Of a stretch of 64,000 nucleotides of DNA, positions 13,449 through 26,200 are shown piece after piece. Made by a program: the position numbers and the translations under genes. The number at the start of each line of letters is the position of its first letter. Position 1 is the stretch's first letter. Below the pieces are notes generated by a model that was given only the letters and a program-made list of their open reading frames with translations, was not told the origin of the DNA and searched no databases. Source of the DNA: Callorhinchus milii (Eukaryota); contig NW_024704742.1 of the NCBI RefSeq assembly GCF_018977255.1, forward strand, positions 103,728,001 to 103,792,000, in the 5' to 3' direction.

Positions 13449-14581
13449 GCTGCATTTGCCTGGTTCGATTCCTATCTCTCTCACCGTCTCCACTTTGTTG
13501 CTTCTAACGGTTTCTCCTCCAGTCTCCGCACTGTCACGTCTGGCGTCCCCCAGGGCTCTGTCCTTGGCCCTCTCCTCTTTAATATCTATATGCTCCCCCT
13601 TGGTGACATCATCCGCAGACATGGGGTCAACTTCCACATGTATGCGGATGACACCCAACACTATCTTTCTGCCTCCACCCTCAACTCCAGGACCACTGCT
13701 GTCCTGACAGACTCCCTGTCAGACATCAAGTCCTGGATGAGGGCAAACTTCCTACAGTTGAATGTGAACAAGACTGAGGCCCTCCTGATTGGCTCGCGCC
13801 AGCGCCTCAGCACCTCAGGCTCTGGCAGCATCAACCTCCATGGTTGCACACTACAACTCACCAGCCAGTCAGGAGCCTCGGTGTCTTGTTCGACCCTCAA
13901 CTGTCTTTTCTTCCCCACATCCGAGCCATGACCCGCTCTGCCTTCCCTCACCTCTATAACATCGCCCGACTCCGCCACTACCTCACCCCTCAGGCCCCTG
14001 AAACTCTTGTTCATGCCTTCATCACCTCCAGGGTCAACTATGCAAACTCCCTGCTTGTCGGCCTTCCCAACTCCTCCCTCCACAGGCTGCAGATAATCCA
14101 GAACTCTGCAGCCCGTGTCCTCTCCTGCAGCAAACTCCGTGACCCCATCTGCCCCGACTCCATTGACTCCCTATCCTTCAGAGGATCCAGTTCAAGATCG
14201 TGGTCCTCACCTACAAAGCCCACCATGGCCTTGCCCCACCCTACCTCTGCGACCTCCAAACCCCCGCTCCTTCCGCTCAGCTGGCTCCGGCCTGCTCCAC
14301 GTCACCCGACCCACCCGCCCCACCATTGGCGGGAGAGCCTTCAGCCACTCTGGCCCCAAAATCTGGAATTCCATCCCCCAATCACTCCGCCTCGACCCCT
14401 CCTTAGCCTCCTTCAAGTCCCGCCTCAAAACCCTCCTCTTCAACAATGCCATCGGTCACCCCCCTTCCCCTCCCTTCTCCCCTCCTCACCCCAACTCAGG
14501 TCTGACATGCTGTACACTGTCCAGCGCCTTGGGACCTCCTCCCGACGTGAAAGGCGCTATACAAATGTAATCTTGTTGTTA
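13449..14581 (+). mobile_element. L2 3' fragment from the RT onward
   Basis: [24 protein letters not shown], 3' stem-loop and TTG tail. Confidence 0.9.
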
Positions 14582-14682
14582 AGATAGGCCAGGGTGATCC
14601 AACCTTTTGGCTGCCGCTGGTCGAATTACCTATCTGAGAAAGGTCTGCGGGCTGCATAAGTAATATTTTGTGTTTTCGTTCC

Positions 14683-15045
14683 AACAACATTGCAACATTC
14701 ACAGCACCTTTTTCATGTTGGAAGGACATCTCAAAGTGCTCGACCCTGGTGGCTGGGCACCTGAGCTGGTGGTGGGAGTCGAGGGAGGTGGGGTGGGGAA
14801 AAGATGACCTAAAGTGTGGACAAAGAGTTAGGTCTTGGTGTGCCTTGAGAGAGGGGAGGGAGCGAGTCGGAGAGACTCCGGGATGGAACTCCAGAGAGTG
14901 AGGGATAAATGGTGTTGGTGGGGTAGATGGGTTGGGGAACAGGACATGAAACAAGCTGGTGTTTTCTCTGCAAAGGGAACAGCCGGATCGGGAGGTCGCA
15001 GAGGTGGGTGGGGGTGGGATGAAGGATGTAGAGGTTTTTCACTGG
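14683..15045 (-). mobile_element. Old L2 3' fragment
   Basis: Degenerate tail and TLWSSIPESLRLA remnant. Confidence 0.65.
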
Positions 15046-15179
15046 GAAAGTGAGCTTTCTGTGAAGAAACTGCACGTATCTCAGTGGTGTCTGTCCTTGC
15101 ACCCCCACCCACCCACCCCACCCCTACCCGCTGGGGTTCTGAACATATGTCCTGACAGTGAACCACGAAACACTGCCCT

Positions 15180-15380
15180 CACTTCTCCTTTCCTTATTTC
15201 TCTCTCCCCCTTTAATACTCTCTCTCTCAATCACTCTCATTGGCTCTGCTCACGCAGACACTCTCTCACCTTCTCTTTTCTCTCACACACTCTCTCTCTC
15301 CCCTGTCACCCACTCTCCTCCTTTTTCTCTCTCTCTCGATCACACACACCCTCTCCCTCCCTCAATTACTCTCTCTAAAT
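15180..15380. repeat. CT-rich low-complexity tract
   Basis: Imperfect (CT)n and (CA)n. Confidence 0.8.
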
Positions 15381-15419
15381 CACTCTGTTTGATCCTTTCC
15401 AATAGCTGTGTAGGCTGGA

Positions 15420-17234
15420 CAATGATAATTGACTTTTTATTAACAAGAGTCAAAATAATTTTAATAGAGATTTGACTTACATACATTTATCACATAGCAA
15501 GAAAACAGGCTGCTATCAATGTTGATATGTGAAGAACCATTCTACCCAACCTTGCTCCAAAACACACAGCATTGTACACAACATAATAAATAGCTTACAA
15601 TATAATAATTCTGAAGGTCTAGAACTACATCTCAAGTTCTGAACAGTTCACAGTGTAATAATGCTAACTTATTGAGGTTTAAAATTAGGTTAATAATTAA
15701 ACTAAATTACATTTATACTCAACAATGAACCTCAGTCTGAGACAACATAATAGATCCAACACTTATCTACTGCAATTTTTACAACATCTAAGTTTAATAA
15801 AGAATTTTGAGAGTCAATACAATGGATTACACGTTTATCTCTGTGCAAAATTTAAGTCATCAGGGATTAAACTGAACCCATTTAACAGCTAGAGGTTCCT
15901 TTGCAGCCTTCATTTTGACTAATAATACATTTACATGTTTGAACTAAAAGTTCACATCCTGTCACCAATGGCTCTGATAATAATCCTTGCATTTGATATA
16001 GCGCATTATCACATCTTTGAGACGTCTCAAAGCACTTCTCAGAATATACTGTAAAGTGAATTGACTGCATTCTTTGTGGGCAAAATGCAGCAGCTGTATC
16101 CCACAAAACAGTCATGGATTGAGTGACCAATTTATTATTATTTTTTTAAAGGAATTATTACCCCCGGAAAAGCCATCTGCCAATCGGCTAACAACCAGGT
16201 TCCTACTTACTGCTCGATATACAGTGGTATATGCCTTGGTTCAATACATTGTGTCCATTGTTGAGACAAATACTACCTGGCAAAATTAACTTGGTATCAA
16301 TTACTAATATTCAGAAATGTTATTATATCGTTGTAGTGTTTGACCAAGATAAGTAGCCTAAATAAAATGTATCATCAGTCAAAATGAACTAAAATGTTGC
16401 TTGGTGACCAATAGGTCAATAAGGAATGATTAGTTATTTTTAAAAAAATCAAGCTTCAACATAAATAATTAAATCATTTACTTACAAACACAATTTTGCA
16501 AATGTTCTGAACTGTATGCAGTTATGTTAAGATTTTGCTTTGAATTACTTCAGCTTAAAAATAGATCACTGGCTAGTATTTTCCAATCAAAACCTCTGGA
16601 TGATACAGTTGAAGTGCTACCATTTTTATTGAGAAACCTGTCCATAATAATCAGCCTGCAAATGGGAACAGGGCAAAGAGTCATTCATAAATGGTTCAAT
16701 GTTATAAGCCACAGCATAATTACAGACAGTTTACATTTGGCACTTAGTGCTTATGACTGCATATTAAATCGGTTGAACTCTTCTTTAAATGCAGAGTATT
16801 TAACAAAATATTATTTAAGTTTAAATTTGTAAGACCACTACATAAATCTTTTGTGAAATAAAGTTTAATTATTAATGCAATGAGTCCAGATAATCCAATG
16901 AAAACAACATTGTCTATTTTGTAACCTCTCATTTTTAAATCTAATTCAGTGACAACAGTAATTTCCTCCAATCAGAAACAGCAACAGAACAATAATCAGT
17001 TCAACAAAACAGCTTTTCTGGGTCAGGCCAAATTCCACAATATTAAACATTTAGTCTTTAAAGAAAACGTAGGCTTTCAGGCGTTCCAGTGGTTCTGTAG
17101 TTTTAAAGGGAGAAAATAGGCCTCTAGTGCATCTTCAGTTGCAACAAACCTTTTGGAAAGTTAAACTTCTTCACTGGGACAAATTGGAAAGTTTCTGGAG
17201 TTGTTGCAAAGCGTTGCTAAGGAGTTCATTACGA
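15420..17234 (-). other. YTHDC2: Probable YTHDC2 terminal exon: Ser codon plus stop (17234-17229), then AU-rich 3' UTR
   Basis: Polypyrimidine acceptor TTTTATTTTAG|TCG TAA; candidate AATAAA on the minus strand at 16630-16625 and 15441-15436; 3' end uncertain. Confidence 0.6.
15977..16225 (-). mobile_element. SINE fragment (subfamily with extra central segment) in the putative 3' UTR
   Basis: Matches 21590-21855 in reverse complement. Confidence 0.75.
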
Positions 17235-20200
17235 CTAAAATAAAAAGATTAGACAATGCAGTTTCATTCATAGAAACGTTCTGTTTTATCTGAAACAATC
17301 AATAAATAGTCTTGGTCAGACTCCATCTACCGGAGTGCTGCGTTCAGTTTTGGGCACCTCACCTCAAGAAGCATACATTGGCTCTGGAGAGGGTGCAGCA
17401 CTGATTCACCAGAATGATACCAGAGCTTCAGGGGTTAAATTATGAGAAGAGGTTGCAAACTTGGTCTGTATTCCCTTGAGTTTCGAAGGTTGAGGAGTAA
17501 ACCGACTGAAGTTTTTAAAGTAACAAAGGGATTCAACAGAGTGGATACAGAGAAACTATTTCCTCTGGGAGGGGAATTAAGAACATGGGGCATAAACTTA
17601 AAATTAGAGCTAGCTCAGGTAGAAGTGAAATCAGGACGACATTTTTCATCCAAAAGGTAGTGGAAATCTGGAACTCTCTCCTCCAAAAGGTTGTGGATGC
17701 ATTCACATTTTCCATATTGAGGTGGATAAGACATTTGTTAGGTCAGGGTATCAAGGGATAAGGGGCAAGGGCGAGTAATTGGAGTTGAGGTACAGATCAG
17801 GAATGATCTTATTGAATGGCGGAACGGGCTTGAGGGGCAGAAAGGCCCCTCGAGCCTCAAAAGTGTTTGGAAATATGGAAAAAAAAGGATAAACAGCTCA
17901 TCAGTTTCAAGAACACCAGCACAATATCTCAGTTTAGGAACAGATTTGCAGTGAGCTCATATTTCACAACCCTGCAATCGTTTTCATTTGTGTGAAAAAT
18001 TCCTACTGTGCCTATCAAAATATCCAGTTGTTATAAAATTCACCACCAATGATAAGATGAGAATACAAGCCTTTGGCAGTCCAACAAGCTTACCTCTCCA
18101 AAAATGCCCAGTCTGCTGTCTGTCTGTGATGGCTTCCCCCCCACAGGGAGCCGCTCCCAAAGCTGCACCAACTGTTCACCAACTTGTGGCTCCAGCTCCT
18201 GTACAAACAGGTTTTTAAACAAAGTTGCAAATGTTAGCAGGAATATCAGATAACAAACACAAGTGGGATGCATCAAGACACATCAATACAAACATTTTGA
18301 CCATTCACAAATTGTATGCGCTATGTATGCACACACTGTATAGGAAGGGCAGTTGATATATGCAAAGGAAGGGATTTAAGCAAAGCTTCCTTTTCTTAGC
18401 ACTATCGCTATTTCCTGCTCGTTGCATATGTTTGTCACTTCGCGAAGTATATTCTGTAAAGCGCTTTGAGACATCTTGAAGGCGCTATATCAAATGCAAG
18501 TATTATTATTCCTGCGCACAGCATGTAGGAAGTGATGTCAACTGCAACCTAACATCCTGAAAGTCGGCTATTTCTTACACACACACTGTGTTTTTTTCAC
18601 ATCGGGAGGACATGCAAAGGCGTTGGACAATCAAGAATTTACAACCGCATTGACAAGGTTTCTCTGTATTATACCCCACCTGGCCATCTCTGCTTATCTG
18701 TACTTTCTTGTTATCATTCCAAGGGTTGAGTAAATGGTGTGCATATTGGAAAGGGAGACTTTCCTTTCTAATCCATTCCACCCTGAAGACTCCTCCCAGT
18801 CCAGCAGAACCCCACTCTTGACTTCTCTCCCGTCCAATCTCTGAAATCATTCTGGCAAAACCCTAAGTGGAGAAAGAAACAGAAAATTCATAATTACAGG
18901 AAACACAGCAGTGAATTCAGTAAATATTTTGTTTGCTTTTTTGGAGGTAAAAACACTTCGTTTTTTAGTTCTCCTTTACAAGGCTTGTTATCTATAGAAT
19001 TTTGGCCAAGCATAATCTACGATGACTTGCCCTCTTTTATTGTGGTTAGCATCCAACGAGGGTGAAGTAAAGGCATATTGGCACATGAATGAATGTAGCA
19101 CAGAAATTCTGAAGTAAAGATTTATTAAAACTAATTACATGTCCAATAACTGAAACATTATTGAAAGAAACATTGAAGGCAAGTCAGACTTTAATCTACT
19201 AGCAACATAGGGACTGGATAAGGGTACATAACAATTAAATAGTTTTTCAGCGCCTTGGAATGTCCTCCCAACGCGAAAGGCGCTATACAAATGTAATTTT
19301 GTTGTTGTATTGTAAAGTTTACCTGGAAGTGCCCTGATCCTTGCACAGAAAACACCAGATACACAATGCTACTTTCCCAAAAAGCACGGTTTAGTTTACG
19401 CTCATTGCTGGGTGTAGTGGACCAGATTCCTTTTTGTTGAGAAATCTCAAGGTTACGAAGGTTGCTGCTCTTCAAAATGAAAAAGCGAACTGGTACATTT
19501 GGTCTCGGTGATGGAGACTTAGAGCCCTAAAGAAAAATTAGACGACACAATTACACAAAACATTTATAGAAATCTTTTATACATCAAACTTTTCACACAT
19601 TTCGAGTTGCTCATCACCATATGTTATCAGGCAGCTGTGAGCAGGTGGTGGGTAATAAATGTCTCCCTGGAAACCTGTTCCAGTCATTAATTACTCTTTG
19701 GGTAAAGAAATACTTCTCGCTGTCTGTTCTGAAATTGTCCTTTGCAACTCTTAACCTATGTCCTCTTGTTCTACTCTCCTTTTGCATTTGGAAGTACTGT
19801 TCTGGGTTTATCAATCCCATTTAAAATTTTATATACCTCTTTAAGGTTCCCTCTTGCAAGACTGAGATGCTTAATGGCATTAAGCTGAAAGGTTTCCTCA
19901 AATATTTCTTCATAAATCTGAGCAACAATAACTTGTATTTATATAGCATGCTTCATATGGATAGTCTCAAGAGCAAGCAAAGTAATTGTACAAAACATCT
20001 AAGACAAAGACAAGAAAAAAAGACATTTGATGTTTACCTTGCCTGAAGGTGGTGGAGATGGGCTGGCACAGGGACTGGGATAGTTGCTGCTGTCTGTGGA
20101 TTTTACAGAGGATTGATCTGACCTCTCATCAGAACTCCTCTTCGGGTGCAGGAAACCTCTGTCTTTGTACCTTTGCTGCTGCTGGGATTTCAACTGAACT

Positions 20201-23200
20201 CTGTGCAGAAATGAAAAAGTAAATCCTTCCTTTACATAATTTCCATAATCCATCCTTGAATATTACATTCAAATCCCTCTTGTTAGTATTATAGACTAGC
20301 TGTCCAATTTGTAAGTCAAACACATTAGGGGCAATTTTCCAAAGAAGTCCGTAATAGGAAAGTCCAATTATAAACTCACACAGCCAAGATTCATAAATAC
20401 TCATTCTTGCTTTTGATATTGTGCTTTATCACGTTGTAGGAACATCACAAAATCCTTTACTGGATTCTACTGTAACTTGTAGTGAATATATTTGTAGGCA
20501 ATGTTAGGAGATAGCTCTAAAAGAGGACAAAAGGATTGGGGGAAGACGAGGGGGACCAAAAGGGATGAAAAAATTTCACTAAGAAGTAACATTGGGCTAT
20601 TCCATTTTACTTGTACTTACTGTTAACTCATCTTGGGTTCTACCTCGTTATCTTATCAAAAAGCTCTCGTATTAGGATTCAGATGCAAATTGGAGCAGAT
20701 TAATTTAAGGGTTGCAAGAAAGTACCACTTTTCAAGCAGTTTTATGTAGTGAGTTTATGTCCACTGAAGAAGTGGACTAAAAATTCCCAGAGGGAAAAGA
20801 TATTTATAGCCAACATAGGATACTCATCTCTTCAGTCTAAGCAGGATTCGAGATCTCAGAGGTGAAAGGTGTCTAACCACAGCCAACTTCCAGATAACTT
20901 TTTTTTAACAATAGAAAACTGAAAGTTGAAGTGTCATTATTTTTTGAGGGGCGGATGGGGTAGGGGGTTTCTGCCATATGCAGAAACCCATCACCATGCT
21001 TAAGAGTATCCAAACCAAGTTGAGATTTCCATGGGTCCTACCTAAACATGGAAATCCCAGAGATAGACTGTTGGAATGGAATGTGCATTCTCTCCCTGTA
21101 GAGACGCATCCTGCTTACCTAATTCCAGAAAGTATTAGGCGCAGTTTGGCAAGAACCAAGGTTTGGGGACCCCAGAGTGTGCGTTGGGGGTACTGCTGGA
21201 GTCTAAGCAGCTAAATCCACATAGCTTGCCATTGATATTGCTGTCTGTCAAGCTTTCCCGCTGTTTGTGGACTTATGCTTGTGGACCACCCTTTGGTTTT
21301 CATGGTTAACGGGAGCTGAATGGGATGGTTCCCTGCCCCAAGTGTCTCGTCTGCTCTTCCAGGACCTGCCAATAAGCCAGGCTGGCTGTGCTGCCACCAG
21401 CAGTGCCCTAGAATTCTGCAGACCCACCTGGCTCAGGAACTGGTCTACCGAGACCGCCACAGAGGACCGGCTCAATTCCGACATTCCATTGCCAGGCATG
21501 CGGTTAGAGCACTCGCCTCGCAAGCGAGAGACCTGGGTTTGATTCCTGGGAGGGCAAAACGTTAGGCACGTTTCTTACTCCACACGCCTCTGTTTACTTA
21601 GCAGTAAGTAGGAACCCGGTTGTTAGTCGATTGGCGGATCGCTTTTCGGGAGATAATAATTCTTTCAAAAAAAATAATAATGAATTGGTCACTAAATCCA
21701 CAACTGTTTGTGGGACACTGCTGTGCGCAATTGGCTGTCACATTTGGCCCATAAAATATAGTCAATTCACTTTACAGTACATTGTGTGAAGCGCTTTGAG
21801 ACATCTCAAAGACTTGATAAAGCGCTATATCAAATGCAAGGATTATTATTATTATGTCACCTTGTTCAGCTCGAAGGAGACCCCACTTACCAATTAAGTG
21901 TCGTAGTCCAATGAACCAGTCATATTTAAAAGTTTAGAACCATTGGAACACAATGCTTACTTACCCACACTATGCAGGTAAACAGTATCCTGAGTAACCT
22001 CACAAGCATCTGCAGAACTTCTCACATGCACACAACTGAATTGTTTGCCAGTAGCACAATTTTGTGGGTAAAACGCAGCCGTCAATATTCGCACAGCAGT
22101 GTCCCAGAAAGTCGTGGATTGAGTGACCAATTCATTATTATTATTTTTTGAAGGAATTATTACCCCCGGAACAGCGATCTTCCAATCAACTAACAACCGG
22201 GTTCCTACTTACTGCTAGGTACACAGAGACGTCTTCATATTTTGTACAGTGTAAGGTTAATGTCAAAGATTTTTTTGGGGGGGAGGTCAGTCAGGTGTCT
22301 GACACATGCGTAAACCCATCACCACGCTTAAGATTATCCAAACCCAACTGAGAACTCCATGCAACCCACCTACACATGGAAATTCCTGAGAGTCAAAAAA
22401 GAGATAGGCATAGAGATGAAAAATCAGTGAGATTGATGAAAGAGTGGCAGAGAAAGACTGCCACGGTGTGGTATTATATTGACAATACAACTCCTGATAG
22501 TAGATCTTTTAAATTACCACTGTAGTCAATTTGTATTTTTTGTTATGTCCACAGTGTGTTTACCCAATTAGTGAGGATAATCAGCTGCTTATTGTATTAA
22601 TGTACATGCTCAGAGTGAAATCTAAGCCGAGATATAAAAAAATAAAGTTTCTTCAGGTTAAGACACTGATAATTAAGTATTACTACTGTAGCTCTACCTT
22701 TCTCTAAATTCCACGCTGGAAGAATCATCTGAAAATTCCGTCTCTGCTGAACTCTTCCTACTATTAGACCTCCAAGACGATGAAACAGGAGGTTCTTCTG
22801 AAGATATAGGCCTTGGTCTTTGCCCAATGCCAGAAGGTTGCTGGAGTCCTGCTGCTTGCTCCTCACTGCTGAGTACTCCAATGATTGCCCTGATAGTTGC
22901 CTCATCTACTTGAATCCAAGGTTTTGATGGAGCACGCATTCGCCTCAGGAACAGACCATGCCATTTTTGTCGTAACTGTAAGATCAGACGAGCTGTCTAA
23001 AACAAAGCAGAGTAAAATTTCATCTACTGTATTATTGTATATAGCCTGTTATAGAATCACACACATAAACACATCTAACTGGTATTGGGGAGATGAGCAG
23101 AAGGGAGAGAGAGTTTCTGTGTATGTATTTACTTCAGGTTGTCTAAACTTCAATGAGATTCACTCGATTGCCACCACCTCAATTGCCCACTGATCACTTA

Positions 23201-26200
23201 ACGGTTCTCGGTAACAGAGGAAGCCTGCAGCATAAGGTCTACGTATGCATGGTCTACATATGCATCAAAGGAAATAATCTGTCAATAATAAATAACGTCC
23301 AAACACTACAAATGAATTGGAACCACAGGGAAGGAGGATAGAATAACTACAACCAACAAATAAGGAAAATCACAAAGATGAGCAATCGTACCTCCATTCC
23401 TCATTTCATTCTATACATCACACAGGAATGCCTCAGGAACCAGACAACCTCTGTGAAAGGTTTCAATAGTTCAGATCCTAAGCCAGATGGATCCACAATT
23501 CCCTAAGCTACTGATGATAACAGAGCAGCCAGCCTGGCTCACCAGCAACACTTGGAGGGGCACACTGGTAACAAAGATACTTCCCACTCAGCTCTGCTAA
23601 CCCCGCAAGCCACAGTCCTAGTAGTTAGGGTTAGCTGGACAAACAGTGGGAAGCTTGCCACACAGGGCTCTCAATGGCAAGCGATGCAGTTATCGCTGGT
23701 TAAACTGCAGCAGCACATATTTTCAAGAGGTACATTCAGGCAATATTGTCTCTCATTTCTTCCCATTCCATCTTTGTGTAAAAAGTTACATTCTCCTTAT
23801 GCATATAAAGTCAATTTTCCTGAGCTTTATAAATCTAAATTAAAGCATCCAGAATTCTCATAAATCAATATGTACCTCTGGATCTATTCTGAAATTCAGC
23901 CAATCTCCAGTTTCAAAGTTGCCATCTTTGAAGTAGACTTGTCTTCCATTTCACTGTCGCTGCTGTCATTGGTGACACCATCTACTATACCCATCACAAG
24001 AAATATAGATCATAATAGGTATTCCTTTCATTTTGCAGAACATCACAATATTTTTCTAAGAAAAAGTTGACTGAAAGAACAATTTCACATATTTTCCACA
24101 TCATAAAAGTTTAGAGATTTGGTCAAATAAATCAATAGTTTTCTCTTTTAATTTCAAGACTCTAGATCTAATTTAGCATCTCCCAGTGTGCTCTAAATCA
24201 CATGTCAAGAAGCAGTCAAAATTACAATGAACGAAGCAAAAAGAATAGAGTCTTATTGCCAAATGAAAACAATTTGAATATGCAGGGGTCATGCTAAAGC
24301 TGTACAGTGCTTCTCTTTATTTGAATAGTGCCATGGGAATCTTTAACTTCCACCTGAACAGGCAGACGGAGCATTAGTTATCGTCTCATGCAAAGGACAG
24401 CACCTCTGAGATTAAAATATACCCCCAGCACAGCATTGGAGTGTCAGCTTAGACTATGTGATTCAAAGTCCCAACGTGGGGCTTGAACCCACAACTTCTG
24501 ATTCAGAGGTGACGGTGCTACCATTGAGCCTAGGCCAACACATAACCCTAAAGCTGAGTTGTACGAGTTATATTTTGGAACATCCTGATACAGGGAATGT
24601 GTTTTACTAAGCGTGAGAAACCATCTTCTCACTAGTTTCTCATTCTTTAAATTATAGTTAAGACACATCGGAGCACAAATGGAGCCTGGATGTATAACGA
24701 AAACTTCGCTATGTAACAGAAAGTATTGAGAGATGAGTAAAGTTTATTTAAATAATTTTGACTCACTGTATGTGTTACCTCGAGAAGATGGCTCTTGTAA
24801 AGCAGTACTGCACAACCTGGCTGGACCAGCAAATAATGCCACTGAGATTGGTGTCACAGCAGAACAACAACGGATATTAGCAATTCTGTGCGCTCTGGTC
24901 ATTTCATCATAAATAAGCCAGTCAGTGGGCAGTGCTTGAATAGCCATTGCTTGTCCATTTGCTGGGGGAAGCTGACACAGAATATAAATATTTATACATT
25001 ACTTAGTTAACAACAACTTGTATTGATGTAGCATGTGATAGTGTTTAGTAATCTTGAGATCTATTTGCACTTTCAAACTAATCATTGAGAAACAAAAAAC
25101 ATTTCAAATGTCCATAGATTTTTAAATCTTGTGATCAAAGAGAACAACATTTTTTGTATCAGCGATAAATCTTCCATATAGATTCAATTAATTTTTTTAA
25201 CAATATTAAAAGCTCCAAAGAAAAGCTTGCTCAGTGGCAACTCTGAAAAGTACAGCATACCTTCTTGTACTGTGGTTGACTAAGAACCGAATTTGGATGA
25301 AATCTGACTTTCTTCTCTCTGGAGCTAGTCAGCATTATATTCTCTCGGTCCACATGAATGAGGTTTGGGTACATGCCTGCTACTAATGCAGCCTTCACCA
25401 CAGCCCAATTCTCAGAGTTAGTGTTTACATCTCGAATGTCTCCACCTCCTCGTGCCCTCACAAAACCTGTAGGCAATATCAACCATGGTATTTTCTTACA
25501 ATTACAATCCTAAATTGATTTAGATACAGCCACATTAAATCATTTAGAAACAAAAAACATTTCAAATGGTCCATAGATATTTAAATCTTGTGATCAAAGA
25601 GAACACCTTTTTCGGTATCAGTGATAAATCTTCCATATAGATTCAATTAAATTTTTTAACAATATTAAAAGCTCCAAAGAAAAGCTTGCTCAGAGCTTTC
25701 CAGTGGAAACTCTGGAAGGATATTACCCTGAAGGATATTAAAATCAGTTGATTTTTGAAGAATACACACTGATTTCATTACCCTTGTTTTACTGATTTGT
25801 ATACATGACAACAAAATTATGCAATTCATTACAAACCATTTAATAACTAATTTGCAGTCTATAAACAAAGATTACAAAAACTGAACAGCAAGGAAACAGG
25901 CCATTCAGCCAACAAGTCTGTCTATACTTCTCACAAGCCTCCACCCACGTAACTCCCTCTCATACCCTTCTATTCCCCTCTTCCTCATGGGAAGATCAAG
26001 CTTCCCCTTGAATGTATCCATACCATCTGACTCCATTACCACTTCAGTCAGCGAGTTCTACAATCTCTTTTAGATCCCAGAGCCGCTATCTTGTATCTGT
26101 GTCCCTACATGTAGTAGTTGTGTCACATCATGAATTCTTGATTGAACCAACCAGAAAAATGTTAGCTAATGGAATTCTCTTCAAAGGCTTACAAAGACCT

